From assembly GCA_963677485.1 (NCBI GenBank), contig OY781964.1, positions 1,088,001-1,152,000 of the forward strand: DNA of 64,000 bases, read 5' to 3'. Source of the DNA: Armatimonadota bacterium. Its GTDB lineage: Bacteria > Armatimonadota > HRBIN16. Shown in pieces: positions 52,328 to 63,061 of the stretch; positions within the stretch are counted from its first letter, which is position 1; each line of letters starts with the position of its first letter. Below the pieces are notes generated by a model that searched no databases, was not told the origin of the DNA, and saw nothing but the letters and a program-made list of their open reading frames with translations. The translations under genes were made by a program, and so were the position numbers.

Positions 52328-53719
52328 CTACGTCAGCTTCCAGCCTAGCTGGAGCTGGTCGGCCGCCCAAGGGCTGTCGACCGTGGGCTCCTTGCGCTCG
52401 CGCAGATGGCGCAGCAGCTCTATGCGCAGCTCCTTCAGCACAGCCTCATGCGCCGGGTCGGCCACCAGGTTTTCCATCTCCCACGGGTCGGACGGCAGGT
52501 GGTATAGCTCGTCCACGTCGGTCAGGTTCCACACATATTTCCACTCGTGGTTGCACACCATGCGCTGGGTGAACAACCCAAATTGCTGGCCGTTGTAGGT
52601 GCCGTATGCGTATTTCCGCCAGTCATCGGGGGTCTCACCGTTGAATAGCGGCCGCAGGGAACGGCCATGCATCAACTCAGGCTCCGGCACACCTGACCAG
52701 TCGCACAGGCTGGCGGAGAGGTCCAGTGCATGCATCACGAACTGATCGCACACGCTGCCTGGCTTGGTGACCCCGGGCCAGCGGATGAGCAACGGCACAT
52801 GAACCAGCTCTTGATACTGCGTGTAGTGCTTGTCGATCATGCCATGGCTGCCGGCGGCGTCGCCGTGGTCTGTGCTATAGATCACAATGGTGTTCTCTGC
52901 TTCACCGCTGGCCTCCAAAGCTTGCAGCACCGTGCCGACGGCGTCATCGACCTGGCTGAGCATCGCGAAGTAGCGACGTAAATACCGCTGCCAGTCCGAC
53001 CACTGCATCTCCGTCAATCCCCAGGAAGCCAACTGCTGGCGATGGATATACGGCTTACCCGCGAAGCTGTCCGGGAAGTTGCCCCACTGCTCGATATCCT
53101 CCGCGTTATACATGTCCAGGAAATGCTGCGATGGCACGCACGGCAGATGCGGCTCGCTGAAGTCCAGACGCAGGTGCCAGGGCTGGTCGCCTTGCACATA
53201 CTGCTCCATTAGGCCGATCGCCTGACGGGCACGCCAGTGGGTCAGCGTCTGCTCTGGGGCAGCGGGGTCCTCGCCGCCGAACCACGCGTAGGCGTCCATG
53301 GTCGGCTCGCCCACGTTCTGCGATGCTCGGTAGGCGGCATAGCCTCCCTGGCCGATGGCATCCACGAAACCGCAATCCTGCGGCGTGGCGGGTGCCACTC
53401 CCCACTTGCCCACATGGCCCTGTCGGTAGCCGCTTTCGGCCATCAATGCGGTCACGGTCGGCGCGTCGAAACCCTTCGGTGGTATGCATCCGCCGGGGTT
53501 CCAGGTTCCGCCGTGGGTTTCGGGCCACAAGCCGCACAACAGGCTCTGGCGCGTGGGGCTGCACACGGGGCAAGGCGTATACGCGCTGCTGAAGCGTGTG
53601 CCCGATGCGGCCAGCTTATCGAGGTTCGGTGTGCGCACCATCGGATGACCGGTGTAGCCGTTGCAGTCGTATCGGTGTTGATCTGCCATGATGAACAGTA
53701 TATTAGGGCGACGAGACAT
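52328..53719 (-). CDS. formylglycine-dependent sulfatase
   Basis: PNILFIMADQ, CSPTR (CxPxR), GKW, STDHG, ELY..DPWEMENL. Confidence 0.95.
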   Translation of the reverse strand: MSRRPNILFIMADQHRYDCNGYTGHPMVRTPNLDKLAASGTRFSSAYTPCPVCSPTRQSLLCGLWPETHGGTWNPGGCIPPKGFDAPTVTALMAESGYRQGHVGKWGVAPATPQDCGFVDAIGQGGYAAYRASQNVGEPTMDAYAWFGGEDPAAPEQTLTHWRARQAIGLMEQYVQGDQPWHLRLDFSEPHLPCVPSQHFLDMYNAEDIEQWGNFPDSFAGKPYIHRQQLASWGLTEMQWSDWQRYLRRYFAMLSQVDDAVGTVLQALEASGEAENTIVIYSTDHGDAAGSHGMIDKHYTQYQELVHVPLLIRWPGVTKPGSVCDQFVMHALDLSASLCDWSGVPEPELMHGRSLRPLFNGETPDDWRKYAYGTYNGQQFGLFTQRMVCNHEWKYVWNLTDVDELYHLPSDPWEMENLVADPAHEAVLKELRIELLRHLRERKEPTVDSPWAADQLQLGWKLT

Positions 53720-53753
53720 GAATGAGACCTCCGGGTAAGCTATTGAAACCAGA

Positions 53754-54785
53754 TTAACTGCCGGCACCTGTCAACCGGCAAAACAATCCATGCGGGTTCG
53801 GCTTCGCGATGGCCCAGCCGATGACCGCAGATATCCCAAGACAGAGTATCACGAATACGGCGATTTTGAGATACGGCCATTGGCCATACCAGCCCAGGGA
53901 TTGGCTTATCTGCCCCAAACGATGCAAAACAAACGCGTGGGTCAGGTAGGCGAAAAAGCTGTTGCGGCCTAACCAGACCAGCCAGCGCGGGGCTGTTTCC
54001 AGCCACTCTTTGTGCTGCATCAGCCACCAGATCAGGCAGTAACTATACAGGGCGCTGTCCCAACGCAGGCTGGAGGTGCTGAGCACAAACATGCCTTGAT
54101 TCCAACACTGCAAGGATATGACGCTGCTGATCAAGACAGCAACCACAGTTCCTAGCAGCGACAGTTGACGGCTCCAGTGGAATTGCGGAACCCCGTGCCG
54201 ACGCCACACCACTCCCAGCACGAAGAACATCAGCCAGCTCCCAGCCATCACCATATACCACCATGGCGGGGTGACCTGCCAATAGTATCCCCATAACCCT
54301 CCGCTGATCAGCAGCGCCGAGGCGAGACTCAGCCATCGCCATCGGTTCAGCCACGCCCACACCGGCAGACTGATATAGAGTTGCATGATCATGGGCACAA
54401 AATAGAATGGCACCATCATTTGGCCATACAACAGAGCATGGGTCAGCTCCATGCGCTCCCATGACCTGCCGTGCGCTGTGTCGATCCCCACCGCGACCAA
54501 GCTCCAAAAAAGGTAGGGAGGGATCAGACGGAGTATCCGCTTGCGGAGGAACCGAGCATAGTCCGCCCAGCACTGGAAATCATGCCGGCCCAGCAGGTAA
54601 CCGGACAGAAACACAAATAACGGCACCGCAAATCCAAAAATCTGGCGGGTGACCAGATAGGGTATCAGCACACTGGAATCCTCTTTCGGGTTCCAGGCGA
54701 AGCCGCAGGAGTGAATCACACCCACGGCGATAATCGCCAACCCGCGCATCGTGTCATAAGCTCGAACCCGTGTGCTGCCCGGCAT
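53754..54785 (-). CDS. acyltransferase family 3 membrane protein
   Basis: DTMRGLAI..VIH, FAVPLFVFLSG, RILRLIPPY, GRNSFFAYLTH. Confidence 0.9.
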   Translation of the reverse strand: MPGSTRVRAYDTMRGLAIIAVGVIHSCGFAWNPKEDSSVLIPYLVTRQIFGFAVPLFVFLSGYLLGRHDFQCWADYARFLRKRILRLIPPYLFWSLVAVGIDTAHGRSWERMELTHALLYGQMMVPFYFVPMIMQLYISLPVWAWLNRWRWLSLASALLISGGLWGYYWQVTPPWWYMVMAGSWLMFFVLGVVWRRHGVPQFHWSRQLSLLGTVVAVLISSVISLQCWNQGMFVLSTSSLRWDSALYSYCLIWWLMQHKEWLETAPRWLVWLGRNSFFAYLTHAFVLHRLGQISQSLGWYGQWPYLKIAVFVILCLGISAVIGWAIAKPNPHGLFCRLTGAGS

Positions 54786-54787
54786 CG

Positions 54788-56812
54788 CTACAGGGCTTTC
54801 GCCAGGTTCTCATACCGAACCGTCCAACTGCCATCCGCAGGGAACCCAGGCGCGTGGCCTTCAGGGGCGCCATCCCAGCCGGCTGCCATCATCGCCACGG
54901 CATAGAGAAGGCCCCCATTGCCAGGAAGGTAGAGGCACGGTCCGCCGGTATTTACACCAATTTCGTTGAACTGGTTGCGTGCGGAATCACGCAGCAGAGC
55001 GTCGACCGCCATCTGAGGTTCGCCCACCCTGGCGGCTGCCATCGCAAACCAGGGGCAGTCCCAACCCCAGCAGTTGTTCCAGTCCCATTTGGCACCGATC
55101 GCCTTCACGGTTCGGTGCGCCGTCTCAAAATCCACACCTGGCAGCTCAGGCAGCATCCCAAAAACGCCCACCGGGTCGGGGTGTTCAAAGGCGCGCTTAC
55201 TATAAGTCTGCTCAGCCCATTCTGGGGAATGCACATACAGCCCATCGTGCGTCGGCAGCGGAGCGAGCTTATCCAGCACCACTTTCCACTTGCCCGGGGT
55301 GGAGATGCCCATCCGCTTGCACCAGTTCGAGGCGGTGATCAGCCCAAAACGCCAGTAGGCTAGATCAAACACCGTATCGTATGTGATCCCCTGCTCGCTG
55401 GGAGGCATGATCGGGTCCAACGAAAGACGGTCAGAGCCATCCCTATGCGTGGGGAAATCCGCCAGGTAGTGCGCGCTCTCGATCACGATGGTGCCCCACT
55501 TCTTGAGGGTGTCCGCCGTGGGTTTCAGCCGATATTCCAGCTCCGCAAAGAAGATGGGGTGCGGCTGCTGCCACTGCAGCACAAAGCTCCCCACCCAGGG
55601 TGCGGTACGGCCTTCCGGGCCCATCATCTTGCCCCACTTCGCCCCCTCGTAGCCAAACTGGTGCGCCAACTGCTTCGCCAAAGGCAGATCGCGGTCATAA
55701 CAAGCAAGTGCGGGCTGAGCCATGTTCCAGCGGCCCCACAGCGCATAGTGGGCCATATGCCACCAGGTCATCTCCATGTGCCACTGCCCGCGCCAGGGGT
55801 CGGTGCCCATCAAGCCCACTTCGGCGGGCGGATAGCTTCCGGCGCTGTTCACAGCCATGAGGTATTGCGACAACACCACGCGCCGTTCCAGCTCATGCGC
55901 CCGAGGATCGGTGCTGCCTGCGAACTCTATCGCCCCGCCCGACGACCAGAACTGCTTCCAGTGCCGTCGACAGGCGTTCTCGCAAGCCGCGAACGCGGGT
56001 GCTGGCCGAGTGTTGCGATGCGGTGTCAGCCAGATGGTGAACACCATCTCGGAGCTGCCGTCTGCTGCGATCACCACACTGTGCGGCCGACTGCCAAGCG
56101 ACATCTTGCCGTGTTCGCACAGCAGATGGAGTTCATATTTCGTGTCGCCAAGCTCACGCACCAGCCTGAGCTGGTGTGAATCCTGCTTGAGCACAGTTGT
56201 TCGATGGGAGTCAGGCTGGTTCCCGTCGCCCACGACCGGCGTGTTATTCAAAGAGGGGTATGGAAACTCCACGCTGACTTGCAGTTTCGACATCCGTAAA
56301 GCTGGTGAGCTGATATGCACCGCGACTACGTCCATATCGGGATGCACGCAGGTTCGCACCTTCACCGGAGTTCCATCCAGCTCAAACTGGCTGTCCAACA
56401 TCCCTTTATATAAATCCAAATCGCGTTGGCATGATTTGATCTCTTCGGGTTGGACTGCCGATCCGTCACCCCGGGTCAGCTTGATGTTCATCAGGTTCAG
56501 TATGTGCGGGTTGTCAAACATCCATTCGCGCAGCTCCGGCTTGGCGGCAGCCTGTTTCATGCCGCCGGTCAGCCGCCCTGTGTCGATGGTGCCCGTGGCG
56601 GGCACATCGGATGGCTGGCATCCGGCGGGCAGCGGGAAGGAGTGCCATCCCCAGTGCGCCATCGTGTTACCCGAGAAGCTCTGCAGGCCTGTGCCGTCCG
56701 CAGTGAAGGCGAACTCGCCATTTCCGAGGGGCAGTATGGAGCTGACGTCGCTGCTGATGATATTGTGGCGGGTGACCAGTGCTTTACGGTCTATGGCTGC
56801 TTGGGTGGGCAT
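54788..56812 (-). CDS. (alpha/alpha)6-barrel glycoside hydrolase (GH65/GH95-like)
   Basis: IDRKALVTRHN, LGNGEFAFTADGTGLQ, ELERRVVLSQYL, WGWD, YLPGNGGLL. Confidence 0.75.
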   Translation of the reverse strand: MPTQAAIDRKALVTRHNIISSDVSSILPLGNGEFAFTADGTGLQSFSGNTMAHWGWHSFPLPAGCQPSDVPATGTIDTGRLTGGMKQAAAKPELREWMFDNPHILNLMNIKLTRGDGSAVQPEEIKSCQRDLDLYKGMLDSQFELDGTPVKVRTCVHPDMDVVAVHISSPALRMSKLQVSVEFPYPSLNNTPVVGDGNQPDSHRTTVLKQDSHQLRLVRELGDTKYELHLLCEHGKMSLGSRPHSVVIAADGSSEMVFTIWLTPHRNTRPAPAFAACENACRRHWKQFWSSGGAIEFAGSTDPRAHELERRVVLSQYLMAVNSAGSYPPAEVGLMGTDPWRGQWHMEMTWWHMAHYALWGRWNMAQPALACYDRDLPLAKQLAHQFGYEGAKWGKMMGPEGRTAPWVGSFVLQWQQPHPIFFAELEYRLKPTADTLKKWGTIVIESAHYLADFPTHRDGSDRLSLDPIMPPSEQGITYDTVFDLAYWRFGLITASNWCKRMGISTPGKWKVVLDKLAPLPTHDGLYVHSPEWAEQTYSKRAFEHPDPVGVFGMLPELPGVDFETAHRTVKAIGAKWDWNNCWGWDCPWFAMAAARVGEPQMAVDALLRDSARNQFNEIGVNTGGPCLYLPGNGGLLYAVAMMAAGWDGAPEGHAPGFPADGSWTVRYENLAKAL

Positions 56813-57145
56813 GTGTGCGTTCTCCTGTGTTGTCGCCTGCTGGAATGACGCGGATGAGGCGATTTTGCAGACAAATACATGTTAACATGTTAGGCCATCA
56901 CCCCCCGGGGCGGACGGCGGTTGACACATAGGGAAATCTCAATCCACAGATTACACAGATTACGCAGATGAGGTTCCGTTGTCTCTCCATCCGATCCCAT
57001 CCGTGTCATCCGCGTAATCCGTGGTTCAGACAATCCAGGGCACGGCACGCCATGCCCCTTCGGACGCCTCCTGTTCTCCTGCTCTTCTATCTCCTCCTCT
57101 CCCTCCATACAAGCAACAAAGCTAAAATCATCTTATAATAAAGGC

Positions 57146-57853
57146 ATGAAACAACTCACGCTGCTCCTGTGCATATTTATGCTGGCCGGATGCGCCAAGT
57201 TCCCGGACACCCCCGTTGCGGGTGGAAAACGGCTGATCGTGGAGTTCACCGTGGCGGGGAACATCCGATCTGACTACCTCTACTTTTTGTGCATCAACAA
57301 CTCTGGCGATACTATCGGCAGTAACGGCCCGATACCGGTGTTGACACCTCCATGGGGCAACGGCTACGCCGCCGGCCGATTCACGCATGTGGCGGAATAT
57401 GCAGTGGGGCAGACCTACGGCGTGTCGACGCTATACCAAATCATCGACCCGGCTAACCCCATTAACCGGCGCCCCATCGGTACCCCATTAGCCACCGAGC
57501 TCAGCGCGAATGGCAAAACCCTGCGCTTTACCATCGATATGAGCACCATTCTCAATGTCGGGCAAACGCTGGATGACATCAAGGCGCTGCAGCTCAACAT
57601 CATCGCCACCAACCGCGCCCCGCTAAATCCCAACGACAACAACTCAAAATTCTGGGATGCTCTCGGTGACGGTAATGACAGCACCACCATCAACGCCTAC
57701 CTGAACATCCGCACCGAGCAAGACGGCACCTGGCAAAACCAGTCTGGCTCCCTTAACTACGAGCCTCAAGGCGACGTGCTGGACCGCGACCGTCCCGCCG
57801 CCGTAGACCCCGATCTGGACATCGTCGACTGGCGAGTAGATGTGCGCAGTTAG
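57146..57853 (+). CDS. lipoprotein of unknown function
   Basis: Lipobox LAGC after a hydrophobic leader. Confidence 0.75.
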   Translation: MKQLTLLLCIFMLAGCAKFPDTPVAGGKRLIVEFTVAGNIRSDYLYFLCINNSGDTIGSNGPIPVLTPPWGNGYAAGRFTHVAEYAVGQTYGVSTLYQIIDPANPINRRPIGTPLATELSANGKTLRFTIDMSTILNVGQTLDDIKALQLNIIATNRAPLNPNDNNSKFWDALGDGNDSTTINAYLNIRTEQDGTWQNQSGSLNYEPQGDVLDRDRPAAVDPDLDIVDWRVDVRS

Positions 57854-58022
57854 CCGAATCATCACCACAACTAGCCGGATTATGCTGTAATACGGGCGGA
57901 AACTCTGCTATCTTTGTAGTGTGACAGATGCTGTCGTAGGGGCCACCCTTGTGGTGGCCCTTGGGCGACCGCCGGTCGCATCTAGTACGACCAGTTATTT
58001 ATAAATGACCGACAGGAGGCAG

Positions 58023-59144
58023 ATGATGCAGCAGTGGGTGAAAGAGGCCCTGGACCAGATTGATGAGTTATACCCGCCGGAGCGGCTGCAGAAGAGCATC
58101 ACCCGCTATGAAGCGTTGTGGAACCCAGACGACTACCCCGCGGAGTATCCGCTGCAGCTCAGCGCCTGCACGGTAGACTACTACAATGGTGTCCACACGC
58201 CTGAGCAAAGACTGCGCAAATGCATGGATGAATGCATCCTGCATGGCATGATCGGCGATGATTTCCTTCCTAGCCTGTTCCCAGGATGCCGGCAGTCCAC
58301 CATCCCGAATATGTTCGGCGCGCCAGAGATCATCGCCGGTGAGGACACCACCTGCAACCCGCTGGTGTTTCAGCCTGAGGATGTGTTCCGCCTGCCTGAG
58401 CCCTGCATCGCCTCTGACAGCGTGGCGCAGCAGTAGTTGAACATGCAGAGCTACTTGATGAACGAGACAGATGGCCGCATCCCCATTCACGTGGCCGATA
58501 TGCAGGGGCCGATGGATGTATGCGGGAAGCTCTGGGGTTATGACGGCATGCTGGCGGCGGCTTACGAGGATCCCGAGGCGTTTGAGCGAATTCTCGGGCT
58601 GGCCACACAGGCGTTTATTCTGCTGTGGAAGGCCCAAAAAGAGCTGCTTGGTGAGCTGTTTGTGCCAACCCACCTTTATGGATGGAGCTACGCACCCAAA
58701 CACATGGGCGCCACCGTTTCTGTAGACAGTCTGGTGATGATCAGCCCCAGCTTTTACAAAAAGTATTTCCGGCCATCGCTGGAGACCATCGGCCGCGAGC
58801 TAGGCCCCACCGCGATTCACAGTTGCGGCGACTGGAGTGCGGTGGTCGCTGAGGTCTGCCAGACCGAGGGTGTGATCGGCTTGAACGTCAGCCAGATGGA
58901 GCTTCAGCAACTGGTGGAGGCGGGGATGCCGCAACATATCGTGGCCACCGAGAACGTATGGTCGCACCAGTTGGCCGATCAAGCCGATATCATCAAACGG
59001 CACAGGCTTCGCGCTGAAGTCAACATTATTGACCCTCCGACAGCCCCCTTCTACAACCAGCCGAAGGAGAACTGGCCGGACGAGAACATCTGCCAGCTCC
59101 GCGAGAACATGCTGCGCTACCGCGAGCTATTCGCGGCGAAGTGA
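58023..59144 (+). pseudogene. UroD/MtaA-like family protein interrupted by an in-frame TAG (58434-58436)
   Basis: Two ORFs abut in the same frame (..VAQQ*LNMQ..); motifs DMQGPMD, MISP and IHSCG; AGGAGG before 58023. Confidence 0.75.
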
Positions 59145-59207
59145 GTATCGGCGGGGGGTGGGTAGCAATTACCCACAGTAATAATGTAAGTTCGTGCACC
59201 TGGCATG

Positions 59208-59410
59208 CCGCGACATAAATGTCTCGGCTGCTGATCAACAAGCCCGGTAAACCGGGTTGCGGAGCTCCTTGCCGATAAAGATAACGTTAATAAAGACTGC
59301 TTCAGCAGTCTTGGTGTTCAGTAGCCGAGACATTTATGTCGCGGAATCGGTGACCTACTGGCCACGCGATATTTATGGGTAATAAACTGACATAAATGTC
59401 TCGGAATCAG
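59208..59410. repeat. inverted pair of REP-like modules containing empty IS110 target sites
   Basis: ccgcgacataaatgtctcgg forward at 59208 and inverted at about 59325-59344. Reverse complement of 59310-59363 is 52/54 identical to 38126-38179. Confidence 0.9.
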
Positions 59411-59443
59411 ATTCATGCAGGTATCTACATTACCCACCCCGCC

Positions 59444-60577
59444 TTAAAACTGCTGGGCGAGCCGCACCATGGTGCTGTAGTTCGCCAGTGTCAGCGGCGT
59501 GACCTCACGACCGTAAACCGCCGATGAAGGCATCAGTACAAACCCACGGCCCTCGCCTTGAGTGCCATCGGCCAGCGACTTCGCCACGACCTTCTCAAAC
59601 TGCGAAGGCTCCATGTTCTCAATGTCGCGGATCTCGATATTGCCGAACAGCACCAGCTTGTCGCCGTATTCACGCCGCATGTCAGCCAGCTCCACATCGC
59701 CAAGCGGTGGGGGCTCAATCGGGTCAATCGCATCAGCTCCCATCTCGATGATGTAGGGCAGCGAGCTTTTGATGCGTCCATGACTGTGGATGCGGGCGAA
59801 CCCGCCGTGCGCGTGGATCATATCGACCATCGGCTTGGTGTATCCCACCACATACTCGTTATACAGTGAAGGCGGCAGATAGGGCTCGGTGGCGTATTCC
59901 GGCCCGTAGATGCGCCACAAATGGCCAGGAAACAGCTCTGAGGTCTTCGTGGTGTATCTGTGCAGCCAGCGTGATATCTGAGCTAACAACTCGTGAAACA
60001 GCTCCCGCTCGGTGAAGGCCATCACAGTGTAATCTTCCATCGAAAACAGCGAAGCGGCCATGCAGATCGGGTCGGCGGTGTCCACCATCACGATGCCGGC
60101 ATCACCAAGCTCCTGTTCGGCAGTGACCATCGGGGTGACGTCCTGATCGTAGTCAAACACCTCATCCGGAAGCTGCAGGTAGGCCTTCATGTCATCCGCG
60201 TCCTTCAGCAGATGCTCGATATTCCAGATCGTGGCCACATCGGGGTCCTGCCGTGTCAGAGAGCTGAGGGTGCGGCCAGCCACCTGAATGGTGGTCCGAC
60301 TGAAACGCGAACCGTTCTCGATGTAGCTCTCGCCCTTGATGTAGGATGACGCGCGGTTGCTGCGACTCGGCGTCATCGCGGGAGCCACAAAGCGGATGAT
60401 ATCGGTCTGCTCATACGCCAGCTCCAGCAGAGGCTGCCAGGAGGGTGAGGTATACACGTTGAAGGGGTCGTTGAGGTCGCTGTTCGGTGTAAACCCGCCC
60501 AGTTCGTAGAAGCTGACGGCGGGACGGTCGACCTTTTCTCCGCGGATGGTGGCATTGAGGCGTTCGCGTCTGTTCAT
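59444..60577 (-). CDS. uroporphyrinogen decarboxylase/MtaA-like family protein
   Basis: MNRRERL..KVDRP, RIHSHG, IDPIEPPP, LFGNIE, GFVLMPS. Confidence 0.85.
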   Translation of the reverse strand: MNRRERLNATIRGEKVDRPAVSFYELGGFTPNSDLNDPFNVYTSPSWQPLLELAYEQTDIIRFVAPAMTPSRSNRASSYIKGESYIENGSRFSRTTIQVAGRTLSSLTRQDPDVATIWNIEHLLKDADDMKAYLQLPDEVFDYDQDVTPMVTAEQELGDAGIVMVDTADPICMAASLFSMEDYTVMAFTERELFHELLAQISRWLHRYTTKTSELFPGHLWRIYGPEYATEPYLPPSLYNEYVVGYTKPMVDMIHAHGGFARIHSHGRIKSSLPYIIEMGADAIDPIEPPPLGDVELADMRREYGDKLVLFGNIEIRDIENMEPSQFEKVVAKSLADGTQGEGRGFVLMPSSAVYGREVTPLTLANYSTMVRLAQQF

Positions 60578-60736
60578 CTGTGGTGTCTCCTGGGATGCTG
60601 GTTTGGCTTATTTTACCACGTACCGGCTACAGGCGGGGGTCATCCTGCCATGCCACACGCTAAAGCCTTGCAGGAATCCCCCTTCCGGGAAGTGAACCTG
60701 AACTCAAAGCACCATCATCACACGAGGTCTGCCACA

Positions 60737-63061
60737 ATGCCTGAATTCCCGCTGAAGGGGCTCACCGAAAAGCCCAGATACGAGCAACTGCCCAGCTTCG
60801 CGACCGGTAATGCGCGGCGCGACTCCTTTCTGAACGAATACTTTATGCGCCACCTTTCGGTAGACGGTCACGGCATCTACTGGGAACTTGGGCCTATCCC
60901 CGGCACGACCCCGTTTACCTGGGTGCTGCAGTGGGATACGCTCTGCCTGGCCCCCATTGACCGCTCCGCGATGGGCCATCGCCGCTGGCAAGGCGTGACC
61001 GAAGATTCACTCATGCGCTTCTTCGGGTTACTGCCGGTCGACCGCTTCGGCTACGTCTGGGGCGGACCCGTTCGTGTGGAAGCCACCGACCAGTGGGCGG
61101 GCTCCATCCAGCCCCACATCGGATGGCCCTGGCCGTTCTACATGCACAACCGCGAGGCCAAGACCGCCGTGGCCTGGGAGTTCAACCACAAGCCAGGCGA
61201 GGTTTCAGCAGAACGCGATAGCTGGAGTGCAGAGGGCATCACGCTGGAGCCCAACTGCGTGGACAACAGCCTGGCGGGCACCGTCAGCTCCGAAACCGGC
61301 GGCTTCATCGCACCCAAGATGTATACACCAGCTTTTCAGACCCCAATATTGGATGTGGACATCTGCTTTAAATGCGACGAAAAACTGGACGCCTCGCAGA
61401 TGATCCACGGCACGCGCATCTACTGGACCACCGACAAGCAGCCGGAGTGGAGCGAGGCCAACTCGGTCGACGCCTCCTTCGCGCTGATGCCGCCGAAGGA
61501 GCTGCCGGACTACTTCCTGCCATCCATCAGTCCGGTCTACGCCCGGTACGTGCTCTTCCTGCCGATGTATATGCACCCTGGCTGGGGCAAGAGCGATGAC
61601 ACCATCATCACCGGCCTGAAGATCGTGCCGGGAGCAAAGGCGAAGGGCGCGCAGGTGTTGCTTGACCACGTGCGCACCGCCTATGACACGCGCTGCATCG
61701 ACACCAACGCGACTCTCATCAACGGCACCGCCGACACACTACTGTGGAATTACGATGCGGAGTTCTTGAAATACATGCTGCCCCATCTGCGAAGATCCTG
61801 GATTTTCCTGAAGGTGCATATGCAGCTCGAAAAATACGGCATCCCCTGCACCGACTGGATGGTGGGCAAAGACGGCATCGGCAACAAAACCGGACACGGT
61901 GTGCTGGGCAGCTACTGGGATCTGATGCCTTGCGGACGGTTCTGCCTGGAGAGCTCCATCGGAGCCTTTCAAGCCGCCACCAAGCTGGCGATCATCGAGG
62001 AGATGGCAGCCAAAGAGGGCATACACGTGCCGGATGTCAGCGTGGACGGACCCGACGGCAAAACACCGGTCGGCTACCACGAGACCCCTGCCACACTGCG
62101 TGCCGCCGCGAAGCGCGTGAAGTCGACCGTTGAGAAGCGGTTCTGGGTAGCCGATAAGGGCCGGTTCGCTCGCAACATTGACATCAATGGAAAACTTATC
62201 GACTACGGCTTCCTGCACTTCAACCTGTGGGCTCTCGCTGTGGGCATCGGAACACCCGCACAGCGCAAGTCGGTGCTCTCCTGGTGCGATGGCCGGGTGA
62301 TTCCCGGCGATACCTCCATCGGCCCAGATATCTATAAATGGCGGTTTGGACCCCGAATCACCACCAAACGCAACGGCGACTGGTATTACTGGCCCTGGCA
62401 GGAGTTGATGGACAAGGATCCTGAGAACCCGCAGTTTACCTGGGGCAACCAGATGCAGGACGGCGGTGCGGTGCCCTTCACTAACCTGTTCGACATCATG
62501 ACCCGTGTGGAAGAGAACACGCCTCAACAGCGTCGCCGTGTGGCACAACGCATACAGGAAATGATGGCCTGGTTTGAGGATGTGAAGTCTGCAGGCGGTG
62601 ATGGCTCCTATTTCTATCGGAAGTATTACGACGGTCATCCCGAACGCGGCCGGCAGCAAGGTGGCGGTCCTGCAGGCGGATTAGGACTGGACCGCGAGTT
62701 CCTTGGCGATGCCGCTTCGGGAACATTTGTGCCGATCTGGGCACTGATGGGCCTAAAACCTGAGAAGTATAGGGAGCTGACCGTTCGTCCCTTCCTGCCT
62801 GACGGCTGGCCCTTCGTCGAAGTGAACAACATCTACTGGCATGGCAACCACATCTCACTTAAAGCAGACAAAAACAGCTTGGTTGTCGATGGTAACCTGC
62901 CAAACACCAAGGGCATGACACTAAAGGTGGTGCTTCGCGAGCTGCCACAGCTGCCCACCATCAGCTTCAACGGTAAACCGGTACGAACCACGCGAGACAG
63001 CAAGGGGTTAACGTGCCATATACCATTGAAGGCCGGCACGCTCACCTGGAGTGCGAGCTAA
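60737..63061 (+). CDS. large hypothetical protein, possibly a six-hairpin glycosidase
   Basis: Long ORF; YWD, RFW and YGF pattern in a helical C-terminal half; TAATG overlap with the next gene. Confidence 0.6.
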   Translation: MPEFPLKGLTEKPRYEQLPSFATGNARRDSFLNEYFMRHLSVDGHGIYWELGPIPGTTPFTWVLQWDTLCLAPIDRSAMGHRRWQGVTEDSLMRFFGLLPVDRFGYVWGGPVRVEATDQWAGSIQPHIGWPWPFYMHNREAKTAVAWEFNHKPGEVSAERDSWSAEGITLEPNCVDNSLAGTVSSETGGFIAPKMYTPAFQTPILDVDICFKCDEKLDASQMIHGTRIYWTTDKQPEWSEANSVDASFALMPPKELPDYFLPSISPVYARYVLFLPMYMHPGWGKSDDTIITGLKIVPGAKAKGAQVLLDHVRTAYDTRCIDTNATLINGTADTLLWNYDAEFLKYMLPHLRRSWIFLKVHMQLEKYGIPCTDWMVGKDGIGNKTGHGVLGSYWDLMPCGRFCLESSIGAFQAATKLAIIEEMAAKEGIHVPDVSVDGPDGKTPVGYHETPATLRAAAKRVKSTVEKRFWVADKGRFARNIDINGKLIDYGFLHFNLWALAVGIGTPAQRKSVLSWCDGRVIPGDTSIGPDIYKWRFGPRITTKRNGDWYYWPWQELMDKDPENPQFTWGNQMQDGGAVPFTNLFDIMTRVEENTPQQRRRVAQRIQEMMAWFEDVKSAGGDGSYFYRKYYDGHPERGRQQGGGPAGGLGLDREFLGDAASGTFVPIWALMGLKPEKYRELTVRPFLPDGWPFVEVNNIYWHGNHISLKADKNSLVVDGNLPNTKGMTLKVVLRELPQLPTISFNGKPVRTTRDSKGLTCHIPLKAGTLTWSAS

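Noticed and set aside
58434-58436. Genome-wide TAG recoding
   Set aside because: Many full-length genes here end normally in TAG (nitroreductase, hemH, cydB, eno, cobO).
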